A stretch of 64,000 nucleotides of DNA from Lama guanicoe. Its lineage: Eukaryota. This document shows, one piece after another, positions 48,431 through 58,430 of the stretch. Location of the stretch: assembly GCA_013239625.1 (NCBI GenBank), contig MU053881.1:1736001-1800000 (forward strand), written 5' to 3'. A program made the translations under genes and the position numbers. Every line of letters begins with the position of its first letter. Position 1 is the stretch's first letter. A model generated the notes under the pieces. The model was not told where the DNA came from. It did not search any database and saw only the letters and a list, made by a program, of their open reading frames with translations.

Positions 48431-50721
48431 TATCACCTCTTCCAGCTCCTCCCCTCCTTTCCATCCCCGCCCTTGACCCAGACCCACCTGAACCACACAA
48501 CCACAGCAGCCCCCTCCCAGCCTCTGCAGCTGCTTCTACTCTGGTCCTCCCCCAGCCACTTGCCACATCTGTCACCAGTTTACTGGGCCAGTATACACGT
48601 CTGATCTTGCCACCTAAAACCCTGCCCGAGAGGCTGCAAACTCAAGACGCATAAACGTGTCTGATGGTGGTGGTATTTTCCATCAGAACATTTTCGTTAA
48701 AGACTGGATTTCTGGCTTTAAAAAAAAAATGTGAAGCTATGGCAGCCCTGAGCCTGGATTTCCACCGTGGCTCCATCACAGTGAGTCAGGACTGCCTCTC
48801 CTTTTTGAAAGCCCCCAGTCTGCACCTCCCTGGCTCCTGGGCCGCCCTGATCTCACTAACCTGCCCTTGTTGCATCTGAGCTTTTGACCCCTGAGCTTCT
48901 GAGGTCAGATTCCCCAGCCTGGCATCCAAGGCCTTTCTCACTCAGGGGACATCTCCTCTCCCATCTTCTTTCTCATCAGTTCCTTTTCTTACCTTCCTCT
49001 CCTGGCCCATGGAATGCTGGAGGGCCCCTCAGTGCCTCCCATGCTTCTGACCACACTGTTGCCCTGTCTGCCTAACAGGTGATTCTCTCTCCTCTGGTCA
49101 CATCCTGCTCCTTCATCCAGGCCCAGCCCGCCGGGACATCCTCCCTGAGACCTGCTCTGTCATCTCCCCACTGAAAGGTGCTCTCTGCTTCAATTCTCTC
49201 TCTGTCCACCCACAAAACCGTTTATGTCTATGGCCAGCTTCTTTCTCAATGCAGATGCGCACGTGCACACACACACACACAGATCTCCATGGCTGAACAT
49301 CCACTATGTAGGTGCTAGTGAAACAAAAGGACAATGACCTTTGGGAGAGAGCGCCCAGGTGAGTGTGGCAGGGTCCCTGGGCAGGGCTGAGAACAGGTTC
49401 CCCTACAGAGAAAACATTCAACTGCCTCTAACCTGGAAGAGGAATTTCCCAGACTGAGGAAACCACCAGGAAACTCAGGAAACTGAGTCTGAAAGGGCGT
49501 GGCCCACCAGGAGCCCAAGGGAGCCACCTTCCTGGGAAAAGGAGGGGAGGGGCTGGAAGAGAGCGGAGCGGATGGAGAGCAGTCCCAGAGGCCGAGCTCC
49601 AGACTTTGACTCTTGCATAAGTAACTGGAGACCAGCAGAGCTTTTAAAGTAAAGAAGTTATGTAATGAGTTACTAGAGTTACTAGAATGTCAGACCCACG
49701 AGGGGCAGTGATTCTGGTCTGTTTTGTTTTCAGAAGGCTGGTGACGATTGAATAAATAATTGTGTAATGCATGAATGAGTGAATGAGTGTGTTGCGGGAA
49801 GGTCATTCGGGCAGCAGGGAGGACTGGCAGGAGTGGGCGGAGTCTGGGAAGGAAGTCAGGAGGCGTGGTCCCAGGTGAGGGCCTGCGGGCGGCAGACCGG
49901 CTGCCGGCCGGTAGGGGGGATTTAGAAGTGGCTTAACAGCCTTTACTCTGAGGGCTGGACCTTCATCTTTGCAGTAAACTTAGTGGTGTCTGGCCCAGAA
50001 TAGCTGCTCAAGAACTGTTTATTGAACATTCAGTGAAAGAATGTTCTAGATCTGCTCAAAGAACCACTTGCCCTGACTCCAGCAGTACGGTGGCAGGTCT
50101 GGAATTTCCTCCTCTGGAAACTGGTCGTTCTTACAGAGTTTCTTCTCAGTTGACTTAGAGCTTTTGCAGATGTTGCCTCATTTGATCCTTATCATGACCC
50201 TGAGAAGTGGGAACCATTAGCTCCATTTCACAGACACAGAGACAGAGGCCAAGAGAGGTTGTGTGACTTCACTGGGGTGAAATGTGGGAGCAATGGAATT
50301 CAGACCCAGGTCTGCCGGTCTCCACGTCCAGGCTTCTTTCATCATTTAGCTGGAAAGATGTGAGCAGCAAATGTGAAAGGGCAGCAGACAGCATGTGGAT
50401 TCAGTGTTAGGCAGGTTATTAGTCGTCACAGCTCGTGTTCATCCAGTACTGCTCCAAGCACATGGCACGAGTCACCTCATTTGTTCCTCAAACACTCTTT
50501 GAGTTTGCTCGGTCATTCTCCCCATGTTACAGATGTGGCAAAGTCTAAGGAGCAGAAACCAGGAGGGCTGATCCTGCCAGGGAAGGCCTCGGGAGGAGGA
50601 AAGCCTGAGCCTGGGTAGGATGTGGGTGGGGGAGGAGGAAGGCATGCCTGGAGGGAGGCCTCGCTTGAGCAAAGGTGTGGAGGATTGGGCAGAAAAGTAG
50701 GGGGCTTGCTCCTATCAGAAG

Positions 50722-50872
50722 AGGGGGAGGGTATAGCTCAGTGGTAGAGCACATGCTTAGCTTGCCTGAGGTTCTGGGTTCAATCCCCAGTGCCTCCATT
50801 ATAAGTAAATAAATAAATAAAAATCTAATTACCCTCCCCACAAAAAATAAATTTAAAAAAGAGAAAAAAAAG
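50722..50872 (+). mobile_element. tRNA-derived SINE (Vic-1-like), best-preserved copy
   Basis: GGGGAGGGTATAGCTCAGTGGTAGAGCACATGCTTAG...GGGTTCAATCCCCAG, then aaataaat, ctaattaccctcccc and an A tail. Confidence 0.85.
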
Positions 50873-52189
50873 AGAAGAGGGGGAGAGACTGAGGGAGGTG
50901 TATTAAGCAAAGCCCTGGCCTGCCTGCTCTCCAGAAGGAACCAGACCTGGCTGACCGGGGTCTGGCCTCAGTTGGCCCTGGGGCAGGGGCTGGGGTGCTG
51001 GGCGTGCACTGGACAGCGGTGAGGAGGAGGACTGGAAAGGAAGAGATGGCTGGCTGGTCAGGATACTGCAGCCTGGTCCTGGTGAGAGATGGTGCAGGCC
51101 TGGAATAGTGGACACCAAGAGGGAGGGAACAGGTTTCCCCAAGGAAGGATGGGTGGGACAGGTCAGCCACCACCTCTGAGTGTCACGTTCAGTTTCAGGG
51201 GGCATTTTCAAAGTAGAGATTGCATACTGGTACCCATAGATTTTTGTTTTGCCTGCATGTTTTCCACTCATATAAAATGTTTTGTTTTTAATGAATTACC
51301 AACTTAAAGAATCAGGGCATTTCAAATCCAAATCCAGTTTTTCTGTTTCTATTGGGAAGTGAGGGACCCAGCAATGCTGGGGCCCCACTTCTGAGCAGTA
51401 ACAATGGGCTGAAACGAAAGTGTTGTTTCCAGTAACTGGGGCACCTACTCTCTTTGCTGCAGTCACCGCCACTCCCTATTGTGCTCCACCCACCTCTCTG
51501 ATGCACTGATGTCACTGGCTTGGCCTCCATAGGCACTGAGTTTACTACACTTGATTTGGAGAAACTGGAGCTTGTCTGGAGGAGGGGCCAGACTGGTTAA
51601 TGACCTGAAACATGTCGTGGGAAGACCAGCTGGAGCCGTGGGGGATATTAAGCCTCTGGAGGCATGATCGTAGCCTTCCTGGCTAAAGGGCTAAGATGTA
51701 GGCAGGTTTCTGTGAAACCCCAGAAAAAAATTAGGACCAACGAAAATGTGGGTGGAGAGGCAAGGAGGGGGGACAAATTTCAGCTCAACCTAAGGCCGCT
51801 TTTGAATATCGTAACTGTTTCCAGCTGTGACAGGTGATGTCAGGAAGTGGCCAGCTCCCAGGCTAGAGGGGTGGGGCAGTGTTCAGGCTGAGCCTGGGCA
51901 GCAGCTTCACCCCAGTCATTCAGAAGGAGTCCAGGAGCTGCGTGGGCAGCTGAACTGCTTGCCCTTTGCGGTGTCGTCAGGCCTCCAGGGCTGGATTCTG
52001 TGCCCACAGGCTGGATGCCAGGGCGAGGGAGAAGGAGGAGCTAAAAGTGGCTTCTGCCTGGCTGGCCTGGGAGCCCAAATGCTGCTGCTGTGAAGAGCGG
52101 GAAATTTAGCATGCAGCTGAGGGGCAGGAGGGGCAAGACAGTACGTTGTTTTTTGTGGTGCAGCACAAAAAGCAAGGGCTTTTGGATGA

Positions 52190-52290
52190 GGGTGGATACA
52201 GCTTGGTAGTAGAGCGCATGCTTAGCACGCATGAGGTCCTGGGTTCAATCCCCGGTACCTCTATTTAAAAAGAAAAGTTAAAATAAGAAA
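52190..52290 (+). mobile_element. tRNA-derived SINE
   Basis: agagcgcatgcttagcacgcatgaggtcctgggttcaatcccc; flanking near-duplication caagggcttt. Confidence 0.75.
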
Positions 52291-52931
52291 ACCAAGGGCT
52301 TTGGGTGAGACCAGTCAGGTCTGTAAGAGGGAGAGGCCTGGTGCATGACCCCCAGGGACCCTGCCTGCTTCAGGCCACCTGAATCTGGGCGGCCGGGCTC
52401 TCTGTCCAAGGGTGATTTATGACAAAAAGTGTGTATTTGGTCTCCATTTCTGGCCCTGAGCTCCTAGAACCCTTGGAATTTCCTCAGTGGAAGGCGTGAT
52501 AAAAAGTGTCCCGTGTTATGTGAATGAGGTGACTTTTGGACTCCACCTAAGGAGGGGGGCTGGCTTCCAGGAGAAGCCACCTGGTGATTAGAGGATTGGA
52601 ATGTTCCATCCCACCCCCTGACCGCTGTCGGTGACTTGATCAATCATTCTCATGTAGTGAAGCCTCCATAACCCAAAGGTGGGGTTTGGAGAGCTTCTGG
52701 GTTGGTGACCACCTGGAGCCTGGTATGCTCAGAGAGGGTGTAGACGCTCCCTGCTCCTTCCCCACACTTAGCCCTGTGCATCTCTTCCATCTGGCTGTTC
52801 CTGAGTTATAGCCTTTTATAAAAAACCAATGATCTAGTAAATATCCTCTGAGCTCTATGAGCCCCTCTAGCAAATTAATCAAACCCAGGAAGGGGGTCTG
52901 GGAACCTCTAGTAGAGCCAGTTAGTCAGAAG

Positions 52932-53838
52932 TGAAGCCGAGCCTCCCCCAGAACTGAGTTCCCCTGCTGCATTTAGGATTAACGTCTCTATCCAAAACTT
53001 TATTCCCATATTTGTCCCGCCCCTGTCCCCCTCTCCCCCTCAGGACTGAGAAGTAACAAAGAGAAGAGGGGATTGAAATCAACCAGGACCCTGCAGGGCC
53101 CTCCTGGGTACAGAAGCCCCTCTTCTTCCCCTGGGTCTGATTTACAGAAAAAGGCTTTAGTTTGTTAAGCCTGAGTTCCCAAAAACAGACTCAAACAGTT
53201 ACTAATTAGGGAAGTGAGGAAAATGCAGAAACAAAGGAAAAGCTGTCAAGCAAGAGAAGTGATAGCTTAAACAATTCAGCCATAAAACGGTCCCCACTCC
53301 TCCTCAGGGGAGATGGACGACAATCTGATACATATGTTTGAGCTGTTCTGCAGAAACTAGCGTCTCCACCCTGGTGGAGGACGGTCACCATGTGCTGACT
53401 GCCAGCACTAGACCCCAGACTGGTTGGAACCAGAAGGGTGATAATTAAGATTCCCAAAACATCACCCTGTTACCTCACCACCGACCGATCAGAAGAGAGC
53501 CCAGGAGCTGCAACCCTCAGCTCAAATATTGCCCTTAAAAACCCTTCCCAGAAAGCCATAGGGGAGTAAGGGAGTTTAAAGCAGGAGCTGCCCTTTCTCT
53601 TCGCTTGTTGCCCTGTAGTAAATGCTGTATTTTCCTTCACCACAACCCAGTGTCAGTAGATTGGCTTTGCTGACCAGTGGCTTCTGCTCTCCAGAGGGAA
53701 CCAGACCTGGATGATGGGGCTCTGTCCACAGCTGGTCCTGGGGCAGCGGCTGGGGTGATGGGCGTGTAATGGGCAGTGGTGAGGACGAGGACCAGAGCGG
53801 AAGGGTGGGCAAGCAGACCCAAGTTCAGTCTGATAACA
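52932..53838 (+). mobile_element. solo ERV1-type LTR
   Basis: TG...CA termini; 4-bp TSD gaag at 52928-52931 and 53839-53842; TATA-like cttaaaa and AGTAAA signal. Confidence 0.8.
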
Positions 53839-54015
53839 GAAGCACAGGTAACACCCTGGGCTCGTGATTTGGCATCTGAAGTGTGTGTTGCAAAGTGGAG
53901 GTGGGGGAGGGGCAGCCTTGTAAAACTGAGCCTGTAGCCTGTGTGATCTGATGCTACCTCCAGGCAGAGAGTGTCAGAGTTGAGCTGAGTTGAACCCAGT
54001 GGTGTCAGAGAATTG

Positions 54016-54702
54016 TGTCGACAAAAGTAATCAATAAATAATCAATAATAACAATAGAAAAGAGCTTTATCGGAGCCAACCTGAGGACTATAGCCCAGAA
54101 GCCAAGTTGCTTGGAGAAACTGCTTGGATGAGCATGGTTTCCAGCACAGCTTTGTGTCGCCTCAGAACAAAGAACACTGAACAAGTCGGGGTACATTTCT
54201 TCAAGGTTTCAGAGAAACAAACCCACACATGCACAGCAGGTCAGCGTGGCCTTGGCACCTGGGGAATGCTCTGATCGTTGGAGGAGTACCAGCCTCGGCA
54301 TCCCAGGAAGGGAGGCATTTAATCTTTATTTTTTAATTTTTTCAGTTCTTTTTTTTTAAAATGTTTTTATTTATTTATTTTCTGGGGGGAGGTAATTAGG
54401 TTTCCTTATTTATTTTTTTGATGGAGGTACTGGGGATTGAACCCAGGAACTCATGCACGCTAAGCATGTGCTCTAACCACTGAGATATACCCTCCCCCGA
54501 ATCTTTATTTCTAATATGGACATTCTTTACTCTGGTCAATGCTCCCTTTTCTTTAATAATTAAAGCAGGTGTACAATGTATGTTTGATAGACCACAAACA
54601 GGGCTGTTAGTCTCTTTTAGCTAGCATAAAATTCAAGTTAACTCATGTGTAAGCCAGAATGGTGCTTCTGCATACCTCAATGTGTGAAAATTTCTTTTAT
54701 CA
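54016..54702 (-). mobile_element. solo ERV1-type LTR containing a SINE
   Basis: TG...CA termini; 4-bp TSD attg at 54012-54015 and 54703-54706. Confidence 0.75.
54332..54499 (-). mobile_element. tRNA-derived SINE (Vic-1-like) inside the LTR
   Basis: 11-bp TSD aatctttattt at 54321-54331 and 54500-54510. Confidence 0.85.
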
Positions 54703-54788
54703 ATTGCTTGGTGATGGGGGAAAAAAACCTGCACTTTGGAATCGAGATGCAGGAGCAGACGACCAAATTGTAGGTCCCCGGGCGGACG

Positions 54789-54802
54789 GCGCCCCCTGCA
54801 GG
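54789..54802 (-). promoter_or_regulatory. candidate CTCF site
   Basis: CCTGCAGGGGGCGC on the minus strand, close to the CTCF core consensus, in a small CpG-retaining patch. Confidence 0.5.
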
Positions 54803-57140
54803 AAAATGTTTGCCGAGCACCTGCCTCCCCCACTCCCTCATACAGCTTGTGTCTATTATAAATTAGTTTTTCTAACACCAACACTTGGATCCTCCTCCTT
54901 ACCCCGGGTTTTATGGGAGGAGATATCAGCATTCATAAAGTTGTCTTTCTCTTGATGCAGTTATGAGCCAGCGGAAAGGACAATTTCCACAGTGGGACAG
55001 AACGAGGTTAGAGGAACGTGTTGCCTCTTAATATTCTACAGAAGGTCGCCTTAACCAGCGAGAGTCCCGCTTCCATCCCATGGAGATAATGAAAAGGTGG
55101 CTCTCTAGATGGTGGAGGAGAGGAAATCAGATGTGGGAAGAGGCTGTTCCAATCTGAGTTGGCTTATAAAACCAAGAGGGGAGCGCATGGGGGCCACAAA
55201 TCTGGAACAGCCAGGATGATCAGGGTGGCAGTTCTTTGCTGACTGTCCCCGTTAGTCGGTCAGTGGCTGAGAATCAGACAAGGTGCATCTAATCCCCACA
55301 TTCCAGGGCCGACCTCCAGGGCAGAGTGGTCAGTGACTGGCCAGGTCAGTGATGGGCAGGGTGGGGCCGTGTGGGTGCCCAGATCTGCCTGACTCCAGAT
55401 CTTGGGTTCCTTCCCCCTGCTGGATGCTGTGGGTCAGCAAAGAGGGGGCCCGCTTTCCAGGGACTCGTAACTGGGTTGGGCAGAATGGAGGTCTTCCTCT
55501 TCTCTAAGCCTTTCTCTGCCTTTTCTTCCTTAGATTTCAGCTTCCCACCTGGGCAGGAGGACTTGATCAACCCCCCTGGATGACCGGCAGCCTTCTAGCC
55601 CACTGTGGACTCTCCGCCTCTGTCTCATCAAGCCTGAAGCCACAGTGGTGTCCTTGCACAGTTAGCGGACAGAATGGGCACTGGGGCTGGCATGTGGTTG
55701 TACACAGTTCACATCGGGGACTGAAGGCTCTCATCCCTGCCTTATCTTGTGAGCTCAGCAGCAGCAACTCTGCACCAAGCTCCCAAACACCTGCAGCGGC
55801 ATGTGAGCCCAGAGCCGGGCTGGGAGTGTGTGTGCACATGAAGTGTGTCTGCCTGACCATCTCCCTTGTTTACTACTTTCTGCTTGCCCCTCACTGCAGG
55901 AAGCACTTTACAGGTGTAATGGGGACAAGAATTTTGAACTGTATCACTGTGATTTTTTTTCTCTTGCATTCCCTTGGATATGAATCCCTGCCAAAAGCAA
56001 TTTTTGCCTTGGTCCTGCTGCTGGAATTCATAGCTTTAACTCCAGCCCAGAGCCAAGAGCTGGCAGGTAGGAAGGGAAAAGGATCTTGTAAATTTCTTCA
56101 GTTCCCAGGCCTGGTAGACCAGCTCAGAGGTCTTCAAACAAAGTACACACACTCCTGGGATAGTCTTTCCAGGAGTCGGGTGTGGACAGGGAAGCCAGAA
56201 AATAGCTTTTGCTACATTGATTAATTCATGGAATCTGAAGAAAAGCTTGTAAAATATACATCCATGCATTCTTAGTCATGTATCTTGAAAATTTGGGTAG
56301 TGCCAGGAAATACTACCCTGGCCTTTATGTAACTGAATTGCATCCCAGGGAGATGGATACTTTCAAGGGAATCAGTTTTCACAATCTCAGCTTCCATATG
56401 TCGTCTTTCTTAATGGTGATTTTTAGTTGATGACTTTGCTTTTTCCACTTCTCTCTCTTTCTTTTTTTAGATTGAAATGTGATTATCATATAACATTATA
56501 TTAGTTTGAGGTGTCAGCATTTCAATGCCAATTTTTACATTATTCTATTATGTTAGTTTTTTAATATATGATAGTATTAGTTTCAGGTGTTAACATTCCA
56601 GTATTTGTATATATTGTGAAATGATCACCACAAGTCTAGTTAACATCCATCGTCACACATAATTACACATTTTTTTCTTGTGATGAGAACTTTTAAGATC
56701 TGTCCACCTCTGACCCACTTCTCCTTTTATTTAGAAATGCCTTGCTCTTGAGGGAATCCCCTGGGAGTGAAGCAGAGAGAGCACAGGTAGGGATTACGTA
56801 CCCCTGGGTAGTTCTCAGTACTCATCCCAGGACACGTCCTTAGCTGGGGGGCGAGCCCCTGAACAGCAGGCACAGTGGAGGGTAGCACACGGTCTCCGGG
56901 AATGTCAGCATTTCAGATCACATTGGCTGAAACTCACAGGTGTTCGTTCTATGGTATTTCTTTCAGATTCTTTGTGTTAGTACAAAAATGGAGACGAACC
57001 CGTTTTATAAAATCATATAAAATATCGTAATTACAGTCTTCTTTTTTTTTACAGTCTTCATCTCATAAAATATTTGCTATTTTCCATTTCTGTTATAAGA
57101 AAGAACTTTAGTACCAGATCAATTGGTTTCTAGCCGTCTA

Positions 57141-57492
57141 GTCAGCCCTCTGTATTCGTGGATCGCACATCTGCAGGATCACCAAACCACCAACAGAAAA
57201 TATTCAAGGGAAAAAAAATCCCAGAAAGTTCCAAAAAGCAATACTTGAATTTGCCATGTTGGCGACTATTCACACAGCATTTACATTGCACTCATAACTA
57301 TTTACATAGCATTTACATTGCATTAGGTATTGTAAGTAATCTAGAGATGAGTTAAAAGTACACAGGATGGAAGGCGGAGGATGCACATAAGTCTATGCAA
57401 ATACATTTTATACAAGCCACTGGAGCAGTCTCAGATTTTGGTATCTGTGGGGGTCCTGGAACCAATTCCCCTTGGATACTGAGGGATGGCTG
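57141..57492. mobile_element. MER2-like DNA transposon
   Basis: gtcagccctctgtattc ... ggatactgagggatggctg termini; body matches the 43.7-kb copy. Confidence 0.7.
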
Positions 57493-57524
57493 AGTATACC
57501 TCAATAAAAGGTGCTTTCTTTTTT

Positions 57525-58430
57525 TCCTTTTTTTTGAATTAAAGTACAGTCTGTTTATAATGTGTTAATTTCTGGTGTATAACAGTGATTCAACTATACA
57601 TATATATTCCTTTTCATATTCTTTTTCATTATAGGCTATTACACGATATTGAATGTAGTTCTCCATACTATACAGTAGGGCCTTGTTATTTATCTGTTTG
57701 ATATATAGTAGTTAGTATCTGCAGATCTCGAACTCCCAATTTATCCCTTTCCACCCCATCCTTTCCCCTCTGGCAACCATAAGTTTGTTTCCTATGTCTG
57801 TGAGTCTGTTTCTATTGTGTAAATAAGTTCACTTATGTCTTTTTTTTTTCAGATTCCACATATAAGTAATATCATATGGTATTTTTCTTTCTCTTTCTGG
57901 CTTCACTTAGTATAACAATCTCCAGGTCCATCCATGTTGCTGCAAATGGCATTATTTTATTCTTTTTATGGCTGAGTAGTATTCCACTATATCTATCTAT
58001 CTATCTATATATATACCTATAGATATATATCTCACAACTTCTTTCTCAATCATCTGTCACTTGGACATTTAGATTGTTTGCACATCTTGGCTATTGTAAA
58101 CAGTGCTGCTATGAACACTGGAGTACTTGTATCTTTTCAAATTAGAGTTCTGTCCAGATACATGTGCAGGAGTGGGATTGCTGGATCATATGGTAAATCT
58201 ATTTTTAGTTTTTTAAGGAAACTCCTTATTGTTTTCTATAATGGCTGCTTTTTTAAAATTGAGGTATTGTTGATTTACAATATTGTATGTTTCAGGTGTA
58301 CAACAAAGTGATTCACAATTCTCCATTTATAGTTATTATAAATACTGGCTGCATTCCCTGTGCTGTACAATATATCCTTGTAGCTTATTTTATTTTATAC
58401 ATAGTAATTTGTACCTCTTAATCCTCTCAA
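57525..58430 (-). mobile_element. L1 3' fragments
   Basis: tccatccatgttgctgcaaatggc, ggctattgtaaacagtgctgctatgaaca, gtgggattgctggatcatatgg. Confidence 0.85.

Larger units (their letters stand above)
52412..54745 (+). mobile_element. MER21-like LTR split into three pieces by two younger LTR insertions
   Basis: MER21-like motifs (gagctcctagaacccttggaatttcct, catctcttccatctggctgttcctgagtt, ggcatctgaagtg, attgcttggtg) resume across both insertions. Confidence 0.7.

Noticed and set aside
50722..50800. tRNA-Ala-like sequence that could be called a tRNA gene (also 52190-52262 and the other copies)
   Set aside because: It continues into a SINE tail with TSDs, and the copies are mutually diverged, so these are retroposons rather than tRNA genes
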